This document shows, one piece after another, positions 29,630-39,586 of a stretch of DNA of 64,000 bases (positions are counted from its first letter, which is position 1; each line of letters opens with the position of its first letter). The notes beneath the pieces were generated by a model that had not been told where the DNA came from, made no database searches, and saw nothing but the letters and a program-made list of their open reading frames with translations. The translations under genes and the position numbers were made by a program. Source of the DNA: Candidatus Aenigmatarchaeota archaeon (GTDB lineage: Archaea > Aenigmatarchaeota > Aenigmatarchaeia > Aenigmatarchaeales > JACQIB01); NCBI GenBank assembly GCA_016198755.1, contig JACQIB010000005.1, forward strand, positions 128,001 to 192,000, given 5' to 3'.

Positions 29630-29811
29630 GACCGTCAGGTGCAAGGGGCCGAAGCCCCAAGCCTGCGGTTGCTCTTGCTCTTTGGGTTTGTGAAAACCTT
29701 TGGCACTCACCTCTCAAATTAAATTGCTGCCGGCGGGGTTTTCATCCGCAGCAGCTGAAAAGAGTTACCGGCCCTCACAGGAGGTATCTGTAAGAGCCCA
29801 CCGCGCTGACC
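29630..29811 (-). ncRNA. Unidentified structured RNA (~180 nt)
   Basis: GC-rich intergenic stems whose G-U pairs and C(UUCG)G loop favour the minus strand; TTTATATA box at 29834-29827; ends before a U run. Confidence 0.65.
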
Positions 29812-29875
29812 AGAACTATGGGGGAGTATATAAACTCCTTATGAAGAGGTAATAGGGACTTTAGGTTCAGCTTTT

Positions 29876-30655
29876 TCAGGGCTTTTGGAAAGCTAGGAAA
29901 ACCCCTTCTATATCGTCTCCATTAATTCCGGAAGAATGGACTCTCTCGTTTCCTGCTTTTGAAAACCCTTCAGAAAGCATAGCAGCCTGTGTCATATCTC
30001 TATACTCGTCAAAAATAGGTATACTCAGCCTGTCATAGATTATTACCATACCATGTGGCATAACCCAAGAAGATACTAAAGGAGCTACTCTCCTTCTTAA
30101 AAATGCTGCAGATTCTGGGTTGGAAAGTCTGGTATTATGGGCTTCAGTAATGGTAGCCACTATATTTGTTAAAACAACTGCATCGTATTTTTTGTCAGGT
30201 TTGTAAGTTAAAACGTCCTGCACAGAAAAGCTTGCATTGGCTGCAGAATATTTGGCTTTTCTCGTTTCTGCAACCTGTATTGATTCATCCACCATATCAA
30301 TTCCGTGCACTGTTGATTCTGGGTTTTGCAAAGCATACCAGACAGTTTTCAGTCCTGTAAAGCAGCCTGCATCAAGTATAGCTTTTCTTCCTTTTAGTTT
30401 CCTGTTTACCTTTTCTGTTATTGTTAGATTCTCTCCGTATTTAGCTGATTCAAAAAGATGGTCTACACCATTACTTGCCTGGAAGGCATAAGCTGAAAAA
30501 TCAGCACTGCTTGGACGCTGCGCGTTCCCAAGAAGACGAAACAGTTCTCTGGCCTTATCTATGCCGAGTATGGAAATCTCTTCTTCTACTAGCTGAGAGT
30601 CACTGATTCTTCTCACGCCTTCTGCTGCTAAATAGGCTGGCAGGCTAAGAACCAT
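29876..30655 (-). CDS. Class I SAM-dependent methyltransferase
   Basis: ILDAGCFTG, HGIDM, YDAVV. Confidence 0.85.
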   Translation of the reverse strand: MVLSLPAYLAAEGVRRISDSQLVEEEISILGIDKARELFRLLGNAQRPSSADFSAYAFQASNGVDHLFESAKYGENLTITEKVNRKLKGRKAILDAGCFTGLKTVWYALQNPESTVHGIDMVDESIQVAETRKAKYSAANASFSVQDVLTYKPDKKYDAVVLTNIVATITEAHNTRLSNPESAAFLRRRVAPLVSSWVMPHGMVIIYDRLSIPIFDEYRDMTQAAMLSEGFSKAGNERVHSSGINGDDIEGVFLAFQKP

Positions 30656-30705
30656 TAGAAACCCCCAGTGCAAAAAGCTTTTAAAGGTTTGGTGGGAAGG
30701 ATGAA

Positions 30706-31353
30706 TTGGTAATAATGGCTATAGAAGGGTTTTTACTCCCGGTCAGGTTTTACGGATATGACTCTGTAATCTACTTAGTTTCAGCGCTAATAGGGCTGGC
30801 AATAGCCTATAAGGCTTACAAGCTTTATTCAGTTTCAGAAAAAAACCAGCACTATAACCTGTTTGTAGGGTTTTCTATACTGGCTGTTGGATTATTAACA
30901 ATTTCCTTAACAAGTGCCTATTCCTATCTGAAGTTTTTTGAGCAGAAGGAACTGCTTTTGTTTAACGGGTATTTTGATGTGGCTGATGTAGGTTACTGGA
31001 TTTACTTTGGTGCAAGCTTTTTGGCATACTGGTTTTTGATAAACATGTATGCTCCTGATAAAAAGGGTGTTTTCCTTTTGAGCCTTCCAATGACATTTAA
31101 CTATTATTCCTATCTGAATGTTGGATTGTTCTTTTTTGCTCTTTATCTGGCTTTCAGGAGCGCTGTAAGCTATTTCTCGAACAAAAACCAGAATGGATTC
31201 TGGGTTATGGGAGCATTTGTGTTAATGGCTGTTTATCATGCGGTTTTGCTTTTTACGCCTTTCTTTAAAGGGTTCTATATTTTGGCGCATGTTTCTTTGA
31301 TTTTGAGCTTTGCTTTCCTGCTCTATATGCTCATAAGGGTGAATAGAGAGTGA
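30706..31353 (+). CDS. Multi-pass membrane protein, possible sensor
   Basis: About 7 TM segments; overlaps downstream wHTH gene. Confidence 0.7.
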   Translation: MVIMAIEGFLLPVRFYGYDSVIYLVSALIGLAIAYKAYKLYSVSEKNQHYNLFVGFSILAVGLLTISLTSAYSYLKFFEQKELLLFNGYFDVADVGYWIYFGASFLAYWFLINMYAPDKKGVFLLSLPMTFNYYSYLNVGLFFFALYLAFRSAVSYFSNKNQNGFWVMGAFVLMAVYHAVLLFTPFFKGFYILAHVSLILSFAFLLYMLIRVNRE

Positions 31354-31664
31354 TACAGCAGGTTAAAAATAAATGGGAGGAAGAGGATGATAGCAGAAGG
31401 TCTAAAATAGGAATTTTAGTGGATATTTTAAGGCTTATACAAAAGAAAGGCGGGGTTGCAAAGCCAACACATATTCTTTATGGTGCTAATCTTAGTCATG
31501 TCAGATTAAACAAATATATGGATGTTTTAATGGATAAGCAGTTTGTAGAAACAGTAAATGCCGGGGGGAGGGGAGTTTACAGGATTACTGATAAGGGAAT
31601 GGAATTTGTAAGGGAGTTTAGGAAAGTGGAGCAGTTTTCTGAAGCTTTTGGAGTGCCAATCTAG
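31350..31664 (+). CDS. Winged-HTH regulator (COG3432-like)
   Basis: RRSKIGILVDIL, PTHILYGANLS, YRITDKG. Confidence 0.85.
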   Translation: MIQQVKNKWEEEDDSRRSKIGILVDILRLIQKKGGVAKPTHILYGANLSHVRLNKYMDVLMDKQFVETVNAGGRGVYRITDKGMEFVREFRKVEQFSEAFGVPI

Positions 31665-32035
31665 GCTTTCTTGAAAAAGCAGTAATCAACAAGTTTTTCG
31701 GGACTTACAGTACCTGATATAAGTGCCTGTGCAGAAAAATCTTCTATTGTTTCTGAAGAGATTATTGGTTTGTTTTTTGCATAGCTGTAGGCTATTTCCA
31801 GTGCAACTGTTTTGCCTATATAGCCATCCTTTGAGTATATGTAAACAAAATCTATATTATCTATTTCTTTGAAAGCGCGCAACAATGCTGACTTTTCGCT
31901 TTCAAGAGTGTCCTGCTGGGAGCTGTCCCATTCTCCTGCGGTTTTTGCATTTATTCCTTTGGACTTTAACAGCTGGAGAAGTTTAACTATTTCCAGATAA
32001 AACTTCCTGCTACCTGCGATAAAAACAGATTTCAT
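31661..32035 (-). CDS. Nucleoside 2-deoxyribosyltransferase-like domain protein
   Basis: VFIAGS, GYIGKTVALEIAYSYAKNKPI. Confidence 0.6.
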   Translation of the reverse strand: MKSVFIAGSRKFYLEIVKLLQLLKSKGINAKTAGEWDSSQQDTLESEKSALLRAFKEIDNIDFVYIYSKDGYIGKTVALEIAYSYAKNKPIISSETIEDFSAQALISGTVSPEKLVDYCFFKKA

Positions 32036-32066
32036 AAGCCTTATTTAATATCTCTTTATTTAAGCC

Positions 32067-34574
32067 TTAAGCAGACAGACCAGCCTCTTTTCTTAACAAA
32101 GCTGCCATGTCTGTGCGCTCCCAGGTAAAGTCTGGGTCGTTCCTTCCAAAATGGCCGAAAGCTGAGGTTTTTTTGTAGATTGGCCTGCGAAGATTGAGAT
32201 GGCTTATTATTGAGGCTGGGCGGAAGTCAAACTGTTTCTTTACAAGTTCTTCAATTTTTTCCTCTGGGAGCTTGTTTGTTCCAAAGGTGTTTACTGTGAT
32301 TGAAACTGGGTGGGCAACACCTATAGCATAGGCAACCTGTATTTCACATTTGTCTGCTAAGCCTGCTGCTACAACATTTTTAGCAACATAACGGGCCATG
32401 TAAGCCGCTGAACGGTCAACTTTTGTCGGGTCCTTTCCTGAGTTATGCACCACAAAACCGTTTGCTGTGAAAGCATGGGTTACAGGAATGTTGAGGTCAT
32501 ATGTACGATTGAAAGAAGGGATTTTGCGGGAAGCTTTTGTATAGTAATGCTTCATGAAAAAGAGCTGTTTTAGGTAATCGAACTCCGGATCGCTTTTTAG
32601 GAAGCTTTCATAAGCGTTCAAAAAGTCTTTTAACTTTTCATATGTAAGTTCTTTTGTTGCTTTGCCTTCAAATTTCCTTGTAAAGCGACTTATTTGAGCA
32701 ATATCACTTCTCTGCTCCAGAACCGGAAGTTTTTTGAAAAGGCGTTTTATCCTCTGCCTCTGGTTTGGTATAACAGAACGGTCTGTTTTGTTTTCCAGCG
32801 ATACTCTGTTCAATATTGCTTGTTTTCTTGGAAGTTGAAAACCCACTTCATTTTTGAAAATTCTAATGCTATCTGTGCCTTTTATTATCACATTATAAAG
32901 TGCATGCTGGCTTGTTATTTTTCTTCCCCTGATTTCAGAGACTTTTCCAGGTTCAGTTTTGCATATGTGGGATATTATTCCGAAATTTAAAAGCAGGAGC
33001 TGAACATCTTCTGCAAGCTGCTTACTTGTTGTTGCTAAATGTGCTCTGGGAGAGGTTTTGTTTCTGCCGTCAATTCTAACAGATCCATCTGTGTCAAAAA
33101 GGCCGCGCAGAAAAGCGGCAACATTTGATTTTGTACCATTCCATATAGCCTCCGGTACAGTTTTATCAAAGGAACGCAGCCTTTTCAAGCCTATGAACTC
33201 AAGATATGCACGCAGTTCTACTCCACCCATATACGCCCAGTGACCGTATGCCTTACCCTTATCTCCAAAGAGGCGAAGGAAAAGCTCTTGCACATTTCTT
33301 TTTTGTTCTTCTTCACAGATACAAATTCTTATGCATCCTTCATCTGTACAATCCCCATCACCTACAAGCAGACCAAGCAAATAGGCATAATCATCTGTAA
33401 GCTTGTCTGGAAAGCTGTATTTTTTCTTTCGTCCTTCTGCTGTACCTTCTTTGTAAGAAAACTTGAATTTTCCAATATCCCCATTCCCAAATAACCTGTC
33501 TTTTTTCTGTATAGGCAATATATCCCCGGGCATTATTTCACTCATGGATTTCCATATATAATTTCCTTCTGAATCGAGAACTCTTATCTGGTGGTTGGGT
33601 GTGGCTTCCAGACTATATCCATCTGAAGTTAACAAAAGCATTGTTTCTTTTGTTCCATTGTCCCACCACTCTCCTGCAGGCATAGGGTGCACATCTGTTT
33701 TTACCAGTGTTCCAACTAGGGGTTTGCACTCCTCTATTTTTCTTGTTCCTTTGTCTGTATTTATTCTGCTATGCCCAGCAAGGCAGAATGCACCTCCTCC
33801 ATGCCTGCCCATTCCACCGTAAGTGTCCATTATTATTTTTCTTCCTGTAACTCCAGAATCTCCTGGAGGGCCTCCTATAATAAATTTTCCGGTAGAGTTT
33901 ATGTGGAACTGTGTTTCAGAATCTATCCATTTCCCGCATACAGGTTTTATCACTTTTTCAATAACATCACTTTTCAGCTTCTCATAAGTAACATCTGGAG
34001 AGTGCTGGATTGCTATAACAATTGTTGTTACTCTTTTAGGAACACTGCCCTCATACTCTACTGTTACTTGAGACTTCCCGTCTGGCCTTGCCCATGAAAG
34101 TTCACCTGAGCGGCGGGCTTCTGAAAGTTTCTGTGTTAATCTGTGAGCCAGAATAATTGGTAGTGGCATTAATTCTGGGGTTTCATTGGAAGCGTAACCA
34201 AACATTAAACCTTGGTCTCCTGCACCCTGTTCCCTCGCTTCAGTTGCTGTAACTCCCTGTGATATGTCTGGACTCTGCTCATGCAAAGCAACTAAAACAG
34301 CACAACTGTCTGCATCAAATCCATACTCAGGCTTGTCATATCCAACCTGCCTTATTGTATTGCGGACAACGCCCTGAACATCAATATAACCTTTTGTTGT
34401 AACCTCCCCTGCAACAACAATTAAACCTGTTGTGGTCAGGGTTTCTACAGCCACGCGGGAAAAGGGATCCTGCTTGAAAAGTGCATCCAGTACTGAGTCT
34501 GATATTTGGTCACAAATTTTGTCCGGATGACCTTCTGTTACCGACTCTGATGTAAACAAAGATGTTTTGCCCAT
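32067..34574 (-). CDS. metK: Bacterial/eukaryotic-type methionine adenosyltransferase containing an intein
   Basis: [45 protein letters not shown] split by intein; SD AAGGTGA. Confidence 0.95.
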   Translation of the reverse strand: MGKTSLFTSESVTEGHPDKICDQISDSVLDALFKQDPFSRVAVETLTTTGLIVVAGEVTTKGYIDVQGVVRNTIRQVGYDKPEYGFDADSCAVLVALHEQSPDISQGVTATEAREQGAGDQGLMFGYASNETPELMPLPIILAHRLTQKLSEARRSGELSWARPDGKSQVTVEYEGSVPKRVTTIVIAIQHSPDVTYEKLKSDVIEKVIKPVCGKWIDSETQFHINSTGKFIIGGPPGDSGVTGRKIIMDTYGGMGRHGGGAFCLAGHSRINTDKGTRKIEECKPLVGTLVKTDVHPMPAGEWWDNGTKETMLLLTSDGYSLEATPNHQIRVLDSEGNYIWKSMSEIMPGDILPIQKKDRLFGNGDIGKFKFSYKEGTAEGRKKKYSFPDKLTDDYAYLLGLLVGDGDCTDEGCIRICICEEEQKRNVQELFLRLFGDKGKAYGHWAYMGGVELRAYLEFIGLKRLRSFDKTVPEAIWNGTKSNVAAFLRGLFDTDGSVRIDGRNKTSPRAHLATTSKQLAEDVQLLLLNFGIISHICKTEPGKVSEIRGRKITSQHALYNVIIKGTDSIRIFKNEVGFQLPRKQAILNRVSLENKTDRSVIPNQRQRIKRLFKKLPVLEQRSDIAQISRFTRKFEGKATKELTYEKLKDFLNAYESFLKSDPEFDYLKQLFFMKHYYTKASRKIPSFNRTYDLNIPVTHAFTANGFVVHNSGKDPTKVDRSAAYMARYVAKNVVAAGLADKCEIQVAYAIGVAHPVSITVNTFGTNKLPEEKIEELVKKQFDFRPASIISHLNLRRPIYKKTSAFGHFGRNDPDFTWERTDMAALLRKEAGLSA
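32442..33785 (-). mobile_element. 448-aa intein with LAGLIDADG endonuclease in MetK
   Basis: Starts CLAG, block [14 protein letters not shown] and [10 protein letters not shown], ends VVHN followed by Ser+1. Confidence 0.95.
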
Positions 34575-34630
34575 TAAATCACCTTTCACTTTCCTAGGGC
34601 AGAAAGTATAAAAAGCTTACTGTAGATTTG

Positions 34631-34664
34631 ATTCTTATAAGAATAAATATATGCTTATATGAAT
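34631..34664. promoter_or_regulatory. Tandem palindromic putative operators between metK and the HTH-CBS gene
   Basis: Perfect ATTCTTATAAGAAT at 34631-34644 and near-copy ATGCTTATATGAAT at 34651-34664. Confidence 0.55.
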
Positions 34665-34671
34665 ATTTTAT

Positions 34672-35235
34672 ATGATTCAGGAGCTGTCTGAGATAAAGAA
34701 AAGGAGGAAAGCGGCTGGGCTTACGCAGGATTCGCTTTCAAAACTATCGGGTGTTAGTCAGGCTGCTATAGCAAAAATTGAGGCTGGAAAAATTGACCCT
34801 GGATACAGTTCTGTGAAAGCTATTTTCGGGGCTTTGGAAAAGGTTGGGAAGGGGAGGGCTGGAGTTGCAGGGGATATAGCAAATAAAAGGGTTTTGTTTG
34901 TGGGTGGGGGGGAAAGTGTGGGGAATGTTATAAAGCTGCTGAAAAGGAGGGGAATTTCCCAGATACCTGTTATTGAACAGGGTAAGGTTTTGGGGAGTAT
35001 TTCAGAAAAAACAATACTGGATGAAATTGCAAAGGGAAAGAACATGGAAGAACTGTCAAAGGATAGGGTAGAAAAAATAATGGACTCTCAGTTTCCTATA
35101 GTAGACAGAAAAACAGGTATAGGAATTGTGGAGGGGCTGTTAAGAGAAAATAATGCGGTTTTGGTAAGTGAGAGGGGTAGGATTTTTGGTATTATAACAA
35201 AATCTGATTTATTGAAGCTTGTTAGGAAGGTTTAG
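34672..35235 (+). CDS. XRE-HTH plus CBS-pair transcriptional regulator (COG3620-like)
   Basis: GLTQDSLSKLSGVSQAAIAKIEAG; ISQIPV, GIITKSDLL. Confidence 0.9.
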   Translation: MIQELSEIKKRRKAAGLTQDSLSKLSGVSQAAIAKIEAGKIDPGYSSVKAIFGALEKVGKGRAGVAGDIANKRVLFVGGGESVGNVIKLLKRRGISQIPVIEQGKVLGSISEKTILDEIAKGKNMEELSKDRVEKIMDSQFPIVDRKTGIGIVEGLLRENNAVLVSERGRIFGIITKSDLLKLVRKV

Positions 35236-36408
35236 GGAACGTAGGGCAGACATGTAAGATGAATGATCATATTTCCAGCTCATGTTTTTTGGATCAAAAT
35301 GTTCATGATACTTAAAGCGTAAATCATCTTGTGTTTTCCAGAATTTGTTTTTGGATTCCTCATAACTCTGCCAAATATAGTGGTTATGGCCATCTAGTTT
35401 TATGGAATCTGATATTACGTTCATAAATATTCTTGTTATGTTTTTTTGGTTGGTGAGTATATAGAAAACTGCGTGCCTACTGTTGTCACGTGAGGGATAT
35501 ACTATTGTTTTTACAGCATATTTGCTTATTTTCCTTGTTAATTCACTAAGATTCACATTGGGCTTAAGATCTAACATTAAGTGAAGTGTTATGTTCTCAC
35601 CTGAATACAGGGGATCGTATATTATTTTCATCTGCTGGAAAAGTTCATCGAAATTCTGCTCAAATGAATGTAATCCCTCTTTTATTTTGCCGGAAGTTAT
35701 TCCTGTTGGATTATAATGGACAGCTGACTTTCCGAGATTTTTCCTAAGGGATCTGGAAAGGTTTGAAATGGAATTAAAATTCCTGTTCATTTCAAATGCA
35801 AGGGGTAGCAAAATAGGGTTTTTCTTTATGTGGGGGTGGATGGATGCTGAGTATTCCTTTTTCATTGACTTTTCCAGAAGTTCGAAAGGATGTTCACCAT
35901 GCTCAAAGTCTGCATCAACAAAATTCCCGTCATTGTCAAGTATTTTGTGGAGAGGGGAATATATGTTTACAGAAGCGTTTGGCATATGTATATCATAGTT
36001 GTCTATTAGCTTGGATTTTTTTGCCTGTTCCCAGAAGGTTTTGAAAGAGGATAAATGGCCATCTGGTATTGTATAGAATATTATATTGCACTTGCTGTTA
36101 TTGTTGAATTCAAACCCTTCAGCTATGTAAGATCTGTACGGGAGTATGCTTAGCAGGGCATTATTCTTCACATTCCATGCTGTTAGTATAACAAGATTCA
36201 GACCAAAGCTTTCGTACCTTGGATATGGATAATATTGAAAACCATGCCTTCTAAGAGAGTTTAGCCAGCGGCGCACAGTCCTCTCAGTAACATTGTTTCC
36301 CTGCGAGTTCAGCATTTCAGTCATTTCCTTTGGCTGAAGCAATTTTTTGCTGTGGGAAAGAAGGTATGCAAATTCTAAAAGTTTTTTATTGAAAGCGTGC
36401 TTTACCAT
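35209..36408 (-). CDS. Large putative wHTH/Lrp-like regulator
   Basis: N-terminal VTERTVRRWLNSL HTH followed by YESFGL; start set at ATG 36408. Confidence 0.6.
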   Translation of the reverse strand: MVKHAFNKKLLEFAYLLSHSKKLLQPKEMTEMLNSQGNNVTERTVRRWLNSLRRHGFQYYPYPRYESFGLNLVILTAWNVKNNALLSILPYRSYIAEGFEFNNNSKCNIIFYTIPDGHLSSFKTFWEQAKKSKLIDNYDIHMPNASVNIYSPLHKILDNDGNFVDADFEHGEHPFELLEKSMKKEYSASIHPHIKKNPILLPLAFEMNRNFNSISNLSRSLRKNLGKSAVHYNPTGITSGKIKEGLHSFEQNFDELFQQMKIIYDPLYSGENITLHLMLDLKPNVNLSELTRKISKYAVKTIVYPSRDNSRHAVFYILTNQKNITRIFMNVISDSIKLDGHNHYIWQSYEESKNKFWKTQDDLRFKYHEHFDPKNMSWKYDHSSYMSALRSLNLPNKLQ

Positions 36409-36529
36409 ACTCTCTATATTGGACAGAATATTAATATAAACAAGTATTATTGTCAGTAGATTTAAAAACTTTGTCTTAACTTTATATATCCGTTGCAAGT
36501 TTATAAGTCTGTACTATGATAGTTTTAGT

Positions 36530-37735
36530 ATGGCTGTAAAGGCTGGATGGGTTGTTTTTATAATATTGTTGGCTGTACCAACTATGTTGATTGCTGCCCA
36601 GTTTGGGAATATACTTGATAGTTCTACTGTACTTCCGTTTTCAAACTCATTTGCACTGTTTAATCTAAAAGCGAGCGTGGAAAACCCTTCTGCATGTTCT
36701 TCAGATAAGCCTGGAAACTGTTTTACAAGTTCACTCTGCTCACAAGCCGGATTGCAGTGGTGCGGATCTAGTTTTATGTCAGGGTATTGTTCAGCAAGCT
36801 GCGGAACCTGCTCTTCAACAACGCCTTCGAGCTGTTTTTCTGCACAGTCATGTACTGGAGCAGGGGCAAACTGGTGTAGGACTGCTATAAACGGGGATGG
36901 TTCTGTCTCCGGATATTGTTCATCCGGTAGTTGCCGTGTATGCTCTTCATCAGATTTTGGGTCGTGTATTGATTCTGCAAGCTGCTTTTCTGTGGGTGGA
37001 GCATGGTATCCAATGCCCAGCAACTGGGCTACTTATGGACCAACTGGATGGTGTGGTGCCCCAGGATACACACAACCTGTATGCAGCTCTGCAATGCCAG
37101 ATATATGTAGTACAGAGAATTCCTGTTTGGGAACTGGGGGAAAATGGTGCACTGTATCTGCCCCATCAGGAACTTTAGGATTTTGTAAGTCCACGGCCTG
37201 CCCAACAGAACAAACAACAGAAGTTTTGAGAACATTTGTTTTTGATAAAAGCGGGATAGCCGTAATACCATTGGATGATACAAAGAATATTTACTTCCCA
37301 TTAACTGGAACTGGGTATATAGAAGTGCCTTTGCTGGATGGAACTATATACAGATATTCTGCTAATCCTGCTGATCCGCCACAACCATTGCCATTTCCGG
37401 ATTTTACTGGGAACATAAAGATAGAGAATTCTGTTATAATACATGGGTATGGGCAGAAAAGGACAATAATTGTTCCAAACAATCCGCTTGGTCCTGTGCT
37501 TGTGCCAATGGAAGGGGGTGGAGGATTTTTAGTGGCTCTTAAGGACTCTATATCAGGCAGGGTTTCAGGGTATTATAGTATGAAGGGAACTGTAACTATG
37601 GGAGAAGGAAATATGATATACTCTTACAAGAATAACTGTATAGTTTCAACCACAAAGAAGTTCTCAGCATATTGGAAAGATTTTGGATCACAGCTTGATA
37701 GCTTCATAAACATCAAGTGTCCGGCAATGCCTTAA
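36530..37735 (+). CDS. Secreted or membrane-anchored Cys-rich repeat protein
   Basis: N-terminal hydrophobic segment; four CSS-x4-C-x4-C-x3-G-x2-W(C) repeats. Confidence 0.75.
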   Translation: MAVKAGWVVFIILLAVPTMLIAAQFGNILDSSTVLPFSNSFALFNLKASVENPSACSSDKPGNCFTSSLCSQAGLQWCGSSFMSGYCSASCGTCSSTTPSSCFSAQSCTGAGANWCRTAINGDGSVSGYCSSGSCRVCSSSDFGSCIDSASCFSVGGAWYPMPSNWATYGPTGWCGAPGYTQPVCSSAMPDICSTENSCLGTGGKWCTVSAPSGTLGFCKSTACPTEQTTEVLRTFVFDKSGIAVIPLDDTKNIYFPLTGTGYIEVPLLDGTIYRYSANPADPPQPLPFPDFTGNIKIENSVIIHGYGQKRTIIVPNNPLGPVLVPMEGGGGFLVALKDSISGRVSGYYSMKGTVTMGEGNMIYSYKNNCIVSTTKKFSAYWKDFGSQLDSFINIKCPAMP

Positions 37736-37838
37736 TTGGAATATTTCTGTATACTACTTCAAAGTGGGAGTGACATTTTATATGTAATAGCTGTCAATAG
37801 TTTATTGACAAGTGGGGAGAAAAATTGTCAGTGGGAAA

Positions 37839-38582
37839 ATGGATTGGAAAATCGTAATTCCGATAGTGCTTGTAGCAGCTGTCTTAGTTTTAGGTATAGC
37901 TTCTGGAGGGATGGGAACAGGAGGTTTCAATATAGCTTCTGCTGAAGCTGCAAAAGAACAGGGTGTAAAAGCTTCGCCTGCTGCTTTGCAGTTTGAAGAA
38001 AACAGCTTCAAAAGCAAGATAAACTTTCTTGGAAAGGATCAGTATAATTTTAAGAAGTTTCTGGGAGAGGGAGAGACTGGACCTGTTTTAATATACTATA
38101 GAAGCTTCAGGGGAGGGTTTGAATGGAAGATTACACTTTCTTCAGGATCCGGGAAGTTCTTGGTTTACAAAGAGTATAAGAGTGTGGTTCCGCTGAAAGC
38201 AGAAAAAAACAGCATACTTGGTGGAAAAGAGCTGTTGCCTGCTGGAACTGCGTTTGAAAAGTTTGCGGGAAAAAGAGATTTCTTGGATTCCATAGAAGCT
38301 GCTGAAAAAGCAAAACAAATAGAAGAGGTTGCTGGAGCTACCGGAAGTTTTGGAGCTGATGAGTATTCTATGATTTTTGTTGGGAAAGAGCTTGGGGTTG
38401 CAAATCCTTATGGGGTTTCAGAGGATATTTGGACTGTTCTGTTCTTTGATAAGGCTGGAAAACTATGGGGAATAGTGGATCTTTCTGCTGGGGATGGCAG
38501 TGTATTAGGATATTATATAGGCGAGGAAGCTGCTAAAAACTTGGAAAAAAGAGCTCTGATAAAGGACGTTATAGCCAGGTAA
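37839..38582 (+). CDS. Membrane-anchored hypothetical protein
   Basis: N-terminal TM helix; start set at ATG 37839. Confidence 0.65.
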   Translation: MDWKIVIPIVLVAAVLVLGIASGGMGTGGFNIASAEAAKEQGVKASPAALQFEENSFKSKINFLGKDQYNFKKFLGEGETGPVLIYYRSFRGGFEWKITLSSGSGKFLVYKEYKSVVPLKAEKNSILGGKELLPAGTAFEKFAGKRDFLDSIEAAEKAKQIEEVAGATGSFGADEYSMIFVGKELGVANPYGVSEDIWTVLFFDKAGKLWGIVDLSAGDGSVLGYYIGEEAAKNLEKRALIKDVIAR

Positions 38583-39549
38583 CATTAACTTCATCTGCTC
38601 TCCAAAATCTGTTTATTTTACTTTCTTGCAGCTTTGTTTCACCTGAACCCTTCCAGACTAAAAGCCCTGTCCATGCTATGTTTGCACCGCAGTCTGTTGC
38701 ATACTCAATTGGAACCAGGAAAGTTTTTGCACTGCGCTCTTCTGCCATTATATCCAGCATTTTCCTGAACCTTTTATTAGCTGCTACTCCGCCTACAAGT
38801 AAAATTTCTTTTTTCCCTGCATGGGCTAAAGCCCTTTCTGTAACTTCTGTTAGCATAGAGAAACAGGTTTCCTGCATGCTAAAAGCCAAATCCTCTTTTT
38901 TTGCCCCATTTTTCAAAAGCCTTACTGCTTCAGCAAGTATTCCTGAAAAAGAAACATCCATCCCCTTTACCACATATGGAAGCTCTATCCATTTGCCTTT
39001 GCTTGCCAATTCTTCAATTTTTGGGCCTCCTGGGTGAGGTATTCCAAGCTCCCGCGCAAATTGATCTAAACAGTTTCCAAGGGCAATATCCTGTGTTTCC
39101 CCAAGAATCCTGTAACTTCCCTCGATACAGGCTAGAATCTGCGTATTTCCTCCTGAAACATATAAAACCAAAGGATCAATGCAGCCTGTTGCCAGTTTTC
39201 CAATTTCTACATGTGCAACAGCATGGTTTACTCCAACCAAGGGTTTTTTCAGTTTCAGGGATAAGGCTCTTGCCACAGCAGCCCCAATTCTCAGGCACTG
39301 CGGTATTCCTGGTCCCTGGGAAAAGGCTACAATATCTATATCTTTTGCTGAAAGTTTTGCTTCTTTCAATGCGCTCTCTATTAAACCTGCAGCAAGGGAA
39401 GAATGGTGTTCGCCTGCTTCAGAAGGCTTTATTCCGCCTTTTTCAGGTTTGTACATATCGCGGGAATTTGCGAGAATTTTCCCTTCTGAGTTTGCTATTC
39501 CTACAGAAAAGGTATGTGCTGTAGCCTCAATACCCAAACAGATTACCAT
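38569..39549 (-). CDS. kae1: KEOPS t6A synthase Kae1
   Basis: GIEATAHT, VNHAVAHVE, YVSGGNTQ, GGVAAN. Confidence 0.96.
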   Translation of the reverse strand: MVICLGIEATAHTFSVGIANSEGKILANSRDMYKPEKGGIKPSEAGEHHSSLAAGLIESALKEAKLSAKDIDIVAFSQGPGIPQCLRIGAAVARALSLKLKKPLVGVNHAVAHVEIGKLATGCIDPLVLYVSGGNTQILACIEGSYRILGETQDIALGNCLDQFARELGIPHPGGPKIEELASKGKWIELPYVVKGMDVSFSGILAEAVRLLKNGAKKEDLAFSMQETCFSMLTEVTERALAHAGKKEILLVGGVAANKRFRKMLDIMAEERSAKTFLVPIEYATDCGANIAWTGLLVWKGSGETKLQESKINRFWRADEVNVTWL

Positions 39550-39586
39550 GGGAAAGGTTTGTAATCAAGAGAATAAATTTCTATCA

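Noticed and set aside
29630-29811. RNase P RNA or SRP RNA assignment
   Set aside because: Lacks GAGGAAAGUCC-like and ACAGAA...GGCUUA-like P4 strands and the SRP helix 8 CAGG-GGAA-AGCA motif; only isolated words match
36514-37023. 169-aa antisense ORF and the many similar shadow ORFs in the track
   Set aside because: They overlap well-supported genes on the other strand or frame and show no motifs
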